Shown here: positions 18,381 to 27,987 of the stretch, piece after piece | How the letters are laid out: each line of letters begins with the position of its first letter | How positions within the stretch are numbered: position 1 is the stretch's first letter | Assembly (NCBI GenBank): GCA_029258495.1 | Contig: JARHYV010000130.1 | Span: forward strand, 1-46,093 | DNA length: 46,093 nucleotides | Direction of reading: 5' to 3' | Source of the DNA: Faecousia sp. | GTDB lineage: Bacteria > Bacillota > Clostridia > Oscillospirales > Oscillospiraceae | Made by a program: the position numbers and the translations under genes | The notes under the pieces: model-generated | Database searches by the model: none | What the model was told of the DNA's origin: nothing | The model's input: only the letters and a program-made list of their open reading frames with translations

Positions 18381-18551
18381 TCAGCTTTGTTTCATTTCGT
18401 CGATGGCTTTGGCAATGGTGCAGTTTCCGTGGAATTTGCAGCTTTCATAGCAGCAGTCCACCTCCGTCACTTCCCCCTGCTCCACAGCCACCTCCACCAG
18501 TCGGCTTGCATCCAGCTGTCTGCAATATCCGGTCAGATATCTTTCTTCCAT
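18381..18551 (-). CDS. Small Cys-rich hypothetical protein (56 aa)
   Basis: RBS GGAGGAG + ATG 18551; MEERYLTGYCRQLD...DCCYESCKFHGNCTIA; fills the space up to the terminator. Confidence 0.75.
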   Translation of the reverse strand: MEERYLTGYCRQLDASRLVEVAVEQGEVTEVDCCYESCKFHGNCTIAKAIDEMKQS

Positions 18552-20392
18552 GGCTCCTCCACTACGCAGTATCCCATATGCCCCAGACGCACTCCGTCCC
18601 CGGCTACATCCAGAAGATTGTGCCCCAGCAGCACCCTGCCTGCCGGAATGTCCCAGTTGTCCGAGCTGCGGTTGATATAAATTTTCAGGGTCTTTCCCTG
18701 ATAACTTCTGGTAAAGCCCAGTTGAAGATTGGCGGCTCGGAAGAATTGGATGTCCCCCAATCTCAGCACCGGACTGTCCTTGCGGAGCCTGCCCAGACGG
18801 CGGTAGTGCTCGTGCAGCTGCTGCTCCTGTCTTCCCCATGGGAAGGTGCGCCTGCAAAAGGGATCTCCATAGCCTTCCATGCCGGCCTCGTCCCCATAGT
18901 AGATACTGGGTGCGCCGGGCAGCATGAATTGCAGGAAGGAGGCTGCCTGGAGCCGCTCCATGGCGGTGATCCACTGGCTCCTGCTCAGGCGGCGCGCCGC
19001 CTTCTCCTCCCGATCCCCGTCGAAATCATCCATCAGCGCCGTGAGGATCCGCGGGGTGTCGTGGGTGCCCAGTAAATTCATGGTGCATGCCATCACCTGC
19101 GGCGGATAATTCTCCACAATGCCCATGACCGTATCCTTCAAGCCCCGTCCATCGTCCATTTTTCTGAAAAAGTTGATGATCGCCCTTCGGAACGGGTAAT
19201 TCATGGGCGAATCCAGTTCGGCATCTACAAAATACCGCCTTCTGGTATCATAGGCGATTTTGTTGGAGGCATCCTCCCACACCTCGCCGATCAGCAGTGC
19301 CTGCGGATCGATCGCGCGGATCCTGTTTTTCAGCCGCAGGACAAACTCATCCGGCAGCTCGTCCACCACATCCAGTCGGAACCCGTCTGCCCCCAGTTTC
19401 ATCCAGTGGGCAACCACGCTGTCTTCCCCGTCGATCACATACTCCATAAAGCTCGGGGTCATCTTCTTTATGGTGGGCAGGGTATCAAAGCCCCACCAGC
19501 TGTGGTAGGAATCGGGGTAGTCGTAGAAGGTGTACCAGTCGTAAAAGGGCGACTGCTGGGACTGATACGCTCCCGTCCCGGGGAATGTCCCCTCTTTGTT
19601 GAAATACAGGCTGTTGGAGCCGGTGTGGGAATACACCCCGTCCAGAACCACCTTCATTCCCCGCTTGTGGGCTGCCTGACACAGGGCTGCAAAATCCGCC
19701 TCCGTCCCAAGCATGGGATCCGGGGTCTTGTAATCTCCTGTGTCGTAGCGGTGAGAGGAGAAGGATTTGCTGATGGGGTTGAGATAGAGGATCTCCACCC
19801 CGAGATCTGCCAGATAATCCAGTTTCTCGGTGATCCCCTGAAAATTTCCCCCGTAAAAATCGTTGTTCAGCACCTCGCCATCCTCCGTGGGCTGCCAGAA
19901 GACCTCCTCGTTCCAGTCCTTGTGGAGGATATACGGCTCCAGTTTTCCCGTCAGATCCACCTGTCCGGACTTGCAGAACCGATCCGGGAAGATCTGATAG
20001 ATCACAGCCCCCTTCGCCCAGTCCGGCGTGGTGAACTCAGCAGGGATGCAGCTGATCTGCCACAGATCCCCTGCCTCCATATTGGTATCGCTGCCCTGCC
20101 GGAACAGACGGAAACCTCCGTCCGGCTTGGAGATGTAGAAATAGTAAAAATACAGCCCCGGCTCATCAATGCACATATCGCCGGAATAGATCTCATATGC
20201 TCCATCCCTGCCCGAAAGCTCCAAGGGGAACTGTCTGCATGCCTCGCCGTTTTCCCTCTGGAGCAGGCACTGCACCTGCGTGGTGGGAACCGTGACCGGG
20301 ATCTTGATATGCAGTCGGCATCGCTGCCCCGGTGTCAGCGTACCGAAGGGGTCTTTATACTGCAACTGCTTGCTGTCGAACAGAATTCGCAT
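18533..20392 (-). CDS. GH13 neopullulanase/amylopullulanase-like glycogen-degrading enzyme
   Basis: YQIFPDRF, DGVYSH, GFRLDV, GEVWE, GTHDT, YYGDEAG. Confidence 0.92.
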   Translation of the reverse strand: MRILFDSKQLQYKDPFGTLTPGQRCRLHIKIPVTVPTTQVQCLLQRENGEACRQFPLELSGRDGAYEIYSGDMCIDEPGLYFYYFYISKPDGGFRLFRQGSDTNMEAGDLWQISCIPAEFTTPDWAKGAVIYQIFPDRFCKSGQVDLTGKLEPYILHKDWNEEVFWQPTEDGEVLNNDFYGGNFQGITEKLDYLADLGVEILYLNPISKSFSSHRYDTGDYKTPDPMLGTEADFAALCQAAHKRGMKVVLDGVYSHTGSNSLYFNKEGTFPGTGAYQSQQSPFYDWYTFYDYPDSYHSWWGFDTLPTIKKMTPSFMEYVIDGEDSVVAHWMKLGADGFRLDVVDELPDEFVLRLKNRIRAIDPQALLIGEVWEDASNKIAYDTRRRYFVDAELDSPMNYPFRRAIINFFRKMDDGRGLKDTVMGIVENYPPQVMACTMNLLGTHDTPRILTALMDDFDGDREEKAARRLSRSQWITAMERLQAASFLQFMLPGAPSIYYGDEAGMEGYGDPFCRRTFPWGRQEQQLHEHYRRLGRLRKDSPVLRLGDIQFFRAANLQLGFTRSYQGKTLKIYINRSSDNWDIPAGRVLLGHNLLDVAGDGVRLGHMGYCVVEEPWKKDI

Positions 20393-20424
20393 CGCATGTT
20401 CTCCTAGGGTTTGTTGAAATTTTT

Positions 20425-20466
20425 CCAAAAAGACACCACAAAGGGTCTGTTTCCAGACCCTTTGTG
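20425..20466 (-). terminator. Hairpin (partial terminator) between glgA and the GH13 gene
   Basis: CACAAAGGGTCTG-TTTC-CAGACCCTTTGTG, followed by a displaced U-run on the minus strand. Confidence 0.6.
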
Positions 20467-20474
20467 TATCTGTC

Positions 20475-21923
20475 TTATGATTTGCGGCACATGGTCTTGA
20501 ACAGCTCCATGTACTTGTCCGCAGGCACATCCCAGCTGAAATCCGTGGTCATGCCCCGATATTGCAGATTTTCAAATGCCGGACGATCCTGCTCATACAG
20601 TTTCAGGCACCGTTTCAGCGCCCACAGGAAATCGTCGCCGTTATAGCTCTGGAAACTGTATCCCAGACCGTTCAGACCGTGGTCATCCACTCCGGGAACC
20701 GTATCCTTCAGTCCTCCGGTGGCATGCACCACCGGCACCGTGCCATAGTGCATGGCATTCATCTGGCTCAGACCGCAGGGCTCGGATTTGGAGGGCATCA
20801 TATAGATATCGCCGCCGGCATACATCCGGGAGGCCAGTGCCAGATTAAAGGTGATCTTGGCGCAGACCCGATCGGGATACTCTGCCTCCAGCCCCCGGAA
20901 GAAACTCTCGTACTGGGCCTCGCCGGTGCCGAGAATGGCGATCTGGACAGTTTCCTCGTTGAGGAGTCTTCTTGCAATATAGCACAAAAGATCCAGTCCT
21001 TTGTGACCTGCAAGCCGGGTGACCATCACCAAAAGCGGCACATCCGGCTCCACCGGCAGTCCAAGCTCCGCCTGAAGAGATGCCTTGCACTTTGCCTTGC
21101 CTTCCCGGAAGGTGTCGGCATTGTAGTGGGCAGGCAGGGCAGGGTCTTTCTCAGGATTGAAGGTGTTCACATCGATGCCGTTGGTGATGCCGGTCAATTT
21201 CCACGCATTTCCGGCGATGACGCTGTCGAGTCCGTGGGAATAATAGGGGTACATCAGCTCCCGGGAATAGGTCTCGGACACCGTGGTGACCATGTCACAG
21301 GTTTCGATGGCCCCCTTCATCACATTCACCGAGCCATTCATATCCAGACAGCTGCGGTACGCCCACGGCAGCTGGAGCACATCGTCAAAGAAACCGGCAT
21401 CCGCCCATCCCTGATATTCGATGTTGTGGATGGTGTACATGCACTTGGTATCCGGGAACATGGGACGGTACACGGCCTTGAGATAGGTGGGAACCATGCC
21501 GCACTGCCAGTCGTTGCACTGGATCACATCAGGGATCAGTCCCATGGTGGACATGGCATCCAGACAGGCCTTGGAGAAGAAGGCAAACCGCTCGCCGTCG
21601 TCCCCTTCGCCGTAGATCGCACCCTCACGGGCGCCGAAATAGTACTCGCTGTCTATAAAATACACCGTGACACCGTCATGACGGTTGGTCTGGCGCAGGA
21701 CACCTGCATACTGTTTCCGCCAGCCCAGATGCACCTGGAATTCAGCCTCCAGAGCAACGGTATAGTTGGGATTTTCCTTGATCTTTTTGTAATAGGGCAG
21801 CATCAGGAATACCTGATTGCCCTCGATCCTGGAAAGCGCCGCAGGCAGCGCCTCCATCACATCCCCCAGACCGCCGGATTTTACATATGGTGCGCCTTCC
21901 GACGCTAAGATGGCAATTTTCAT
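20475..21923 (-). CDS. glgA: Glycogen synthase
   Basis: KSGGLGDV, NDWQ, TIHNIEYQG, EPCGLSQM, TGGLKDTV. Confidence 0.97.
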   Translation of the reverse strand: MKIAILASEGAPYVKSGGLGDVMEALPAALSRIEGNQVFLMLPYYKKIKENPNYTVALEAEFQVHLGWRKQYAGVLRQTNRHDGVTVYFIDSEYYFGAREGAIYGEGDDGERFAFFSKACLDAMSTMGLIPDVIQCNDWQCGMVPTYLKAVYRPMFPDTKCMYTIHNIEYQGWADAGFFDDVLQLPWAYRSCLDMNGSVNVMKGAIETCDMVTTVSETYSRELMYPYYSHGLDSVIAGNAWKLTGITNGIDVNTFNPEKDPALPAHYNADTFREGKAKCKASLQAELGLPVEPDVPLLVMVTRLAGHKGLDLLCYIARRLLNEETVQIAILGTGEAQYESFFRGLEAEYPDRVCAKITFNLALASRMYAGGDIYMMPSKSEPCGLSQMNAMHYGTVPVVHATGGLKDTVPGVDDHGLNGLGYSFQSYNGDDFLWALKRCLKLYEQDRPAFENLQYRGMTTDFSWDVPADKYMELFKTMCRKS

Positions 21924-23035
21924 ACCGTTTCGCCTCGTTTGATAATAATCGGGTTCTGAGGTGTGCCGATGAGCTTGGAGCCCGGGCGAACCGTGACATT
22001 TTTATCAAGGATCACACATTTCAGCTCGCTGTTTTCACCGACCACCGAGTCATTCATGATCAGGCAGTCCGACACATCCGAACCTGCTCCCAGAACCACC
22101 TGACGGAACAGGACGGAATGCTTTGCCGTGCCCTCCAGCAGGCAGCCATCCGCCACCACGCAGTTTTCGATGTGGGTATTCTCCCCGTAGTAGCTGGGAA
22201 CACGGTCGCGAACCTTGGTGTAGATGGGACGATCCCGGAACAGTCCGTCCCGCACATCCTTATCCAGCAGTGCAAGGTTTGCCTTGTAATACTCCTCCGT
22301 GGACTCCACAAACAGGGCGACCCCGTCGAATTCATAGACATTCACGCTGAGTTTCTTCTGCTGCCACAGGGGCAGGATCAGATCCCGCTCAAACCGGTAG
22401 CAGTTGCGGGCAACCAGATATTCCACATGCTCGATCAGCAGTTTCTTCTGGATGATGAACATCGCCATGGATGCATCGTATTCCTCCGATGCGGCATAAT
22501 CCACAGCCATATCCTCGATCTCGCCGTTTTCGTCCAGTTTAATGGCAAGATCCAGCTGTTTTTTTCCGTTTGCAATGCCTTTTTTGGCAATGATCGTCAT
22601 ATCTTTTCCGCTGGCGATATGGGCCTCCACTACCTTGTTGAGATCCATATTGCACAAGACCCCTGCATCGGACAGCACCACATAGCTGTCGTCAGAGCCT
22701 TTTTCCAGATAGCTCATGGCGGCATGGAGTGCCTCCATCTTGCCCCGGTAGCCGGAGGTCGCACTGAGGGAGAAGGGCGTCAGATACTCAAGTCCGCCGT
22801 CCTGCAGCTCCAGATCCCACTCCTCGCCGGAGCCGATGTGTGCCATCAAAGACTGGTAATTGTATCGGGAAATGATGCCGATGCGGCGAATATTGGCATT
22901 GGACATATTCGACAGGGTGAAATCGATCTGGCGGTAGCGGCCGCCGTAGGGAAGGCTCGCAATGGTGCGCTTGTTGGTCAGCTCGCCAAGGGAGCTGTCA
23001 TAGATATTGGCAAAAATAATTCCCTGAATGGTCAT
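21920..23035 (-). CDS. glgD: ADP-glucose pyrophosphorylase non-catalytic subunit
   Basis: ASLPYGGRYRQIDFTLSN, HIGSGEEWDL; left-handed beta-helix C-terminus. Confidence 0.95.
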   Translation of the reverse strand: MTIQGIIFANIYDSSLGELTNKRTIASLPYGGRYRQIDFTLSNMSNANIRRIGIISRYNYQSLMAHIGSGEEWDLELQDGGLEYLTPFSLSATSGYRGKMEALHAAMSYLEKGSDDSYVVLSDAGVLCNMDLNKVVEAHIASGKDMTIIAKKGIANGKKQLDLAIKLDENGEIEDMAVDYAASEEYDASMAMFIIQKKLLIEHVEYLVARNCYRFERDLILPLWQQKKLSVNVYEFDGVALFVESTEEYYKANLALLDKDVRDGLFRDRPIYTKVRDRVPSYYGENTHIENCVVADGCLLEGTAKHSVLFRQVVLGAGSDVSDCLIMNDSVVGENSELKCVILDKNVTVRPGSKLIGTPQNPIIIKRGETV

Positions 23036-23049
23036 ATCCGCTTACCTCC

Positions 23050-24246
23050 TTATAGCATCTCGCCGGGCAGGAGCACTGAACCGGCAGCCACAACGGCATT
23101 CTTGTGGGTGACGCTGATCTTCTTCTTTTCGTCAGGGCCGAATGTTCCGCCCACCACGGCGCCGCGGCAGATCTGGGTGCCTTCACCGATGATGGCATGA
23201 CGGACAACGGCACCGGGGGCAATGGAAACACCGGGCATGATCACCGAGTCCTCCACCAGAGCCCCTTCGCCCACGGAGCATCCCACGGAAATGATGGAAT
23301 GGCGGACGGTGCCATAGACCTCAGAGCCCTCTGCAATAAAGCAGTTGACGGTCTTCGCAGCCTCATCTATGTAGGAAGAGGGCAGGGCGCTGTTTCGGGC
23401 ATAAATCTTGAATTTCTCGTCGCCGCGGATGTTGAATTCCGGTTCCCTGCCCAAAAGCTCCATATTGGCCTCCCACAGGGAGTCGATGGTGCCCACATCC
23501 TTCCAGTAGCCGTTGAAGGTATATGCCATCAGCTTGTGGCCGTCTGCAAGGAGCTTGGGGATGATGTTCTTGCCGAAGTCATTGGAGGAGGTGGGATCCT
23601 CTTCGTCGTTGATGAGTGCCTCGCGCAGGACTTTCCAGTTGAACACATAGATGCCCATGGAGGCATTGGTGGACTTGGGCTTGGCAGGCTTTTCCTCAAA
23701 TTCATAGATGGAGCAGTCCGGATTGGTGTTGAGGATGCCGAAACGGGATGCCTCTGCAAGGGGCACATCCCGGACGGCGATGGTGCACGATGCCTCGCTC
23801 TTTTCGTGATAGGCGATCATGGCTGCATAGTCCATCTTATAGATATGGTCGCCGGAAAGCACCACCACATAATCCGGATCGAACCGATCCACAAAATCGA
23901 TATTCTGGTAGATGGCATTGGCAGTGCCCTTGTACCAGCCGCTCTTTTTGTCGTGACGCTCATAGGGCGGCAGGATCTGGGCGCAGCTGTGGGTCTTGTT
24001 CAGACCCCAGGGCTGTCCGTTGCCGATGTATTCGTTCAATTCCAAAGGCTGATACTGGGTCAGGATGCCCACGGTATCGATGCCGGAGTTCACGCAGTTG
24101 CTCAGTGGGAAGTCGATGATGCGGTATTTGCCGCCAAAGGGTACCGCAGGTTTTGCGGTTTTCTCTGTAAGGACCTTCAGTCTGCTGCCCTGGCCGCCGG
24201 CCAGGAGCATTGCGATGCATCGCTTTTTATGGAAGTACATGGTCAC
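23050..24246 (-). CDS. glgC: Glucose-1-phosphate adenylyltransferase
   Basis: [37 protein letters not shown]; start may be ATG 24240. Confidence 0.97.
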   Translation of the reverse strand: MTMYFHKKRCIAMLLAGGQGSRLKVLTEKTAKPAVPFGGKYRIIDFPLSNCVNSGIDTVGILTQYQPLELNEYIGNGQPWGLNKTHSCAQILPPYERHDKKSGWYKGTANAIYQNIDFVDRFDPDYVVVLSGDHIYKMDYAAMIAYHEKSEASCTIAVRDVPLAEASRFGILNTNPDCSIYEFEEKPAKPKSTNASMGIYVFNWKVLREALINDEEDPTSSNDFGKNIIPKLLADGHKLMAYTFNGYWKDVGTIDSLWEANMELLGREPEFNIRGDEKFKIYARNSALPSSYIDEAAKTVNCFIAEGSEVYGTVRHSIISVGCSVGEGALVEDSVIMPGVSIAPGAVVRHAIIGEGTQICRGAVVGGTFGPDEKKKISVTHKNAVVAAGSVLLPGEML

Positions 24247-24271
24247 AGCTCCTTTGTTTGTTGTTTTTCAT

Positions 24272-26158
24272 TTACTTCTGTGGATCCGGATCTTCGCGGA
24301 CATAGAAGGCCGCACTCATGGGAGCCACCCGGAATTTGCCGGAATAGGTATAGGCTCCATAGGGGGCTTTTTCTGCCCGAACCGGAGGCAGTTCCGTGGC
24401 ATTGCCGCCGTATTTCCGATCATCCGATGAGAAAACGCAGCGGTATGTGCCCTGCTCCGGCAGACCCAGACAATAGTCCTGACGGACGACTGGGGTAAAA
24501 TTGAGAATACAGATCAGCTCCTTGCCCTGCCGGTCGATCCGTCGGAAGGACAAGATGCTGTGATCTCTGTCATCAGGCTGGATCCAGACAAAGCCGTTCC
24601 AGCTGCGATCGTCGCTCCACAATGGAGCATTGCGCAGATAAAAGTGGTTCAGATCCCGGGCATAGGCCTGCATCTGGCGATGGCGGTCATAGCCAAGGAG
24701 CATCCAATCCAGACTCTGGTCTGCATTCCACTCGATAAACTGACCGAATTCGCCGCCCATGAACAGCAGTTTCTTGCCTGGGTGCGCCATCTGATAGCCC
24801 AAAAGCAGCCGCAGGTTGGCAAACTGCCAGTCGTATTCTCCGGGCATTTTGCTCAGCAGCGAGCCCTTTCCGTGCACCACCTCGTCATGGCTCAGGGGCA
24901 GCACATAGTTTTCCGCAAAGGCATAGCTCATGGGGAAGGTGATCTTGTCATGGTTGTGCTTGCGCCGCAGGGGATCCAGACGGAAATATTCCATGGTATC
25001 GTTCCGCCATTCCATGTTCCATTTGAACAAAAAGCCCAGTCCGTCCACAAAATCCGGCTTTGTCACCAGAGGATATGCGGTAGACTCCTCGGCGATCATG
25101 ATGACGCTGGGGCGCATCTGGAAACATGCCTTGTTCAGCTGGCGCAGAAAGGCGATGGCCTCCAGATTTTCGTGTCCGCCGTAGCGGTTCGGCTTGTAGT
25201 TGGGCCGGTCGTAGTCCAGATACAGCATGGAGCTGACCGCATCCACCCGAAGTCCGTCGATATGGTATTCCTTCAGCCAGAAAACGGCATTGGAGATCAG
25301 GAAATTCTTCACCTCCGGACGGCCGTAATCAAAGATCCGCGTGCCCCATCTGGGGGACTCGTTCATATCGGGATCCGAAAGCTCATAGGTGCATGTCCCG
25401 TCAAATTCATACAGACCGTATTCATCCTTGGGGAAGGATGCCGCTGCCCAATCCAAAATCACCCCGATGCCTGCCCGGTGCAGGGTGTCCACCAGTGTCA
25501 TCAGATCCTTGGGCGAGCCGAACCGAGAGGTGGGCGCATAGTAGCCCGTGACCTGATAGCCCCAGCTTGGGCCATAGGGATATTCGGCAATGGGCATCAG
25601 CTCCACATGGGTGTAGCCCATATTCTTTGCATAGTCGGCGATCTGGGGTGCAAGCTCTGCATAGGAATACGCAGATCCATCCTTCTTCCGCCGCCATGAC
25701 CCCAGATGCAGCTCATAAACATTCATGGGTGCATCCAGTGCCGAGCTCTGCGCCTGCCGGGCAAAGTAGCCCTTGTCATGCCATGCAAACCCCGACAGAT
25801 CGCAGATCACACTGGAGGTATCCGGCGCACGGCAGGTACGAAAGCCCACAGGATCCGCCTTGTAAACGGAAGTCCCGTCATGATGCTCCACCAGATATTT
25901 GTATGCATCGCCCTCTTTGGCATAGGCAGACCAGACCTCCCACACACCTCGGGCAAATTTGATCATGGGCAGATCGGAGCCATTCCAGAAATTGAAATCG
26001 CCCACGACGCTCACCGATCTTGCATTGGGCGCCCAGACCCGAAATACAAATCCGTCCTGTCCGTTTCTGCTCTGCCGGTGGCAGCCCAGAAATTCATATG
26101 CGTATGTATTGGTACCGGTGTGGTACTCCTCTAAAAAGGTGCGAAGCTGATCGTTCAT
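24272..26158 (-). CDS. glgB: 1,4-alpha-glucan branching enzyme (divergent at several conserved sites)
   Basis: FRVWAPNA, YELHLGSW, SWGYQ, GLRVDAV, AEEST, LSHDEVVHGK. Confidence 0.92.
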   Translation of the reverse strand: MNDQLRTFLEEYHTGTNTYAYEFLGCHRQSRNGQDGFVFRVWAPNARSVSVVGDFNFWNGSDLPMIKFARGVWEVWSAYAKEGDAYKYLVEHHDGTSVYKADPVGFRTCRAPDTSSVICDLSGFAWHDKGYFARQAQSSALDAPMNVYELHLGSWRRKKDGSAYSYAELAPQIADYAKNMGYTHVELMPIAEYPYGPSWGYQVTGYYAPTSRFGSPKDLMTLVDTLHRAGIGVILDWAAASFPKDEYGLYEFDGTCTYELSDPDMNESPRWGTRIFDYGRPEVKNFLISNAVFWLKEYHIDGLRVDAVSSMLYLDYDRPNYKPNRYGGHENLEAIAFLRQLNKACFQMRPSVIMIAEESTAYPLVTKPDFVDGLGFLFKWNMEWRNDTMEYFRLDPLRRKHNHDKITFPMSYAFAENYVLPLSHDEVVHGKGSLLSKMPGEYDWQFANLRLLLGYQMAHPGKKLLFMGGEFGQFIEWNADQSLDWMLLGYDRHRQMQAYARDLNHFYLRNAPLWSDDRSWNGFVWIQPDDRDHSILSFRRIDRQGKELICILNFTPVVRQDYCLGLPEQGTYRCVFSSDDRKYGGNATELPPVRAEKAPYGAYTYSGKFRVAPMSAAFYVREDPDPQK

Positions 26159-26377
26159 CGGGAGATTTCCTCGCTTTCGTTGTCAGGTTTTGTGTACCAA
26201 AATGAACACACCCTGTGTGTAAAAGGGTTAAATGAACCCATGAATAACATAACACATTTTTTTCCAATGTGGAAGAGTCATTTTATCTAAAATCGTTCGT
26301 CCGTTTTCGTCATTTCCCACATGCACCCTGCATAAAGCTACGAATAAACAGCTGTTTTTACACATTTTTGGCAAAAA

Positions 26378-26926
26378 TCATGTCAAATTCTGTATACACG
26401 CCGTCCAGTTTTTCGGCAGTGTTTCGGGCACATCCAGAGGATTGAGCTGCTTTTCGTACCAGATCACGCCAAGCCAGCGTCCCATTTTGTATCCGCAGTT
26501 TTCAAATGTAGTGCGGTAGGTATAGCCCATCGCCTGATGGAAATCAGCAGACGGACGGTTCTCCGTGGTGATCAGCGCATAGATCATCCGGTAGCCCTGC
26601 CGGGTCAGGATCTGCTCCAAGACCCCGTAAAGCGCCCTGCCCACGCCTCGTCCCTGCGCCTGAGGTGCCAGATAGATGGACACCTCCGCACACCAGCTGT
26701 ATGCCATGCGCTCCCACGGAGCCCCTGCATAGGCATAGCCCAGCACTGCGCCGTCCTCTTCCCACACAAGCCACGGGAACTGCGCCACATGCTGCCGGAA
26801 CCGCTGCAAAAATTCCTCCTCGGTGGGAACGGTATATTCAAAAGAGTATGTGGTATTTTCCACATAAGGTGCGTAGATCCTGCGCATTTCGGGCAGGTCT
26901 GCCTCCCGAGCCGGTCGAATGGACAT
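26378..26926 (-). CDS. GNAT N-acetyltransferase, phosphinothricin acetyltransferase/YncA-like
   Basis: SFEYTVP, GYAYA, EVSIYL, QGRGVG, N..S..FH..GY, GYK.GRW. Confidence 0.9.
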   Translation of the reverse strand: MSIRPAREADLPEMRRIYAPYVENTTYSFEYTVPTEEEFLQRFRQHVAQFPWLVWEEDGAVLGYAYAGAPWERMAYSWCAEVSIYLAPQAQGRGVGRALYGVLEQILTRQGYRMIYALITTENRPSADFHQAMGYTYRTTFENCGYKMGRWLGVIWYEKQLNPLDVPETLPKNWTACIQNLT

Positions 26927-26965
26927 CTGGTTTCCTCCTCGTATCGTGTTTGTTCTGTTACCCTC

Positions 26966-27025
26966 ATTTTATCTGCACAGGCTCCCTGCGTCAAGGTTGA
27001 CACTGCCGGAAAATTTGCTTAAAAT
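26966..27025. promoter_or_regulatory. Back-to-back divergent sigma-A promoters (GNAT / dapF)
   Basis: Minus: TTGACG(26994-26989)-17-TAAAAT(26971-26966); plus: TTGACA(26997-27002)-17-TAAAAT(27020-27025). Confidence 0.75.
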
Positions 27026-27117
27026 AAATTTCAATACACCGCACCCGGACAGGGCTGCATCCCCTGCGGATGCCTTCCCCCTGCTGCGGATGCATGGATC
27101 TACTGGGGAGGTTTTTT

Positions 27118-27894
27118 ATGGAATGTCTGCATATGAGCGGCGCCGGAAACGATTTTATGGTCATCGATGCCCGAGGCTGCGATCCGGATTTTTCGCATCT
27201 GGCATTGACCCTGTGCGCCAAGACGGGTGCCGACGGCTTTATGGCGGTGGACACATCGGACAAGGCGGATTTCAAGCTGCATTTTTACAATTCCGACGGC
27301 ACCCGAGGAGAAATGTGCGGCAACGGGAGCCGCTGCATCAGCCGTTTTGCCTATGACCACGGCATTGCCGGTGCGGAAATGACCATCGAAACCGATGCCG
27401 GCATCCTCTCGAGCCTGCGTCTGGACGAGGATCACTACCGGGTCATGCTCAATCTGCCGGGACTGGTGGATCTGCACCGGCAGGGCGACATTGCCTATGT
27501 GGAGCTGGGCGATCCCGGAGTCCCCCACGGGGTGTACCACTGCAAGGGACTCAGCTGGGATCAGCGGGAGCAGCTGCGTCCGCAGATGCGCGCCCTGCGC
27601 CATGCCCCCTGTTTCCCCAAGGGCGCCAACATCAACTACTACGACTGGGTAGACGACTCCACCATCCGCATCCTCACCTTTGAGCGCGGTGTCGAGGACT
27701 TCACCCTGGCCTGCGGCACCGGCTCCGGCAGCGCCGCCGTGGTGCTGTGGCTGACCGGTCAGCTGCCGGATGGAAGGCTCACCGTGGAAAACCCCGGCGG
27801 CACGCTGAAATTTGAGATCACGGGAACCGATAAGCAGATCCGCTCCATCGGCATGTCCGGCCCTGCTCAGGTGATCGGCAGGTACGAGATCTGA
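27118..27894 (+). CDS. dapF: Diaminopimelate epimerase
   Basis: GAGNDF, GADG, NSDG..EMCGNG, GVPH, ERG..TLACGTG, ENPGG. Confidence 0.93.
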   Translation: MECLHMSGAGNDFMVIDARGCDPDFSHLALTLCAKTGADGFMAVDTSDKADFKLHFYNSDGTRGEMCGNGSRCISRFAYDHGIAGAEMTIETDAGILSSLRLDEDHYRVMLNLPGLVDLHRQGDIAYVELGDPGVPHGVYHCKGLSWDQREQLRPQMRALRHAPCFPKGANINYYDWVDDSTIRILTFERGVEDFTLACGTGSGSAAVVLWLTGQLPDGRLTVENPGGTLKFEITGTDKQIRSIGMSGPAQVIGRYEI

Positions 27895-27901
27895 CAGACA
27901 T

Positions 27902-27933
27902 AAAAAAGCCATCCATGAAAATGGATGGCTTTT
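27902..27933. terminator. Bidirectional terminator
   Basis: AAAAAAGCCATCCAT-GAAA-ATGGATGGCTTTT. Confidence 0.85.
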
Positions 27934-27987
27934 CAAAATTCTTTCCACAGGTTGTTCCTAAGCTGTGGAGGAATTAAGGAGGCTGTA

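Noticed and set aside
27030-27117. Lysine riboswitch before dapF
   Set aside because: Leader is about 85 nt, too short, and lacks recognisable L-box elements
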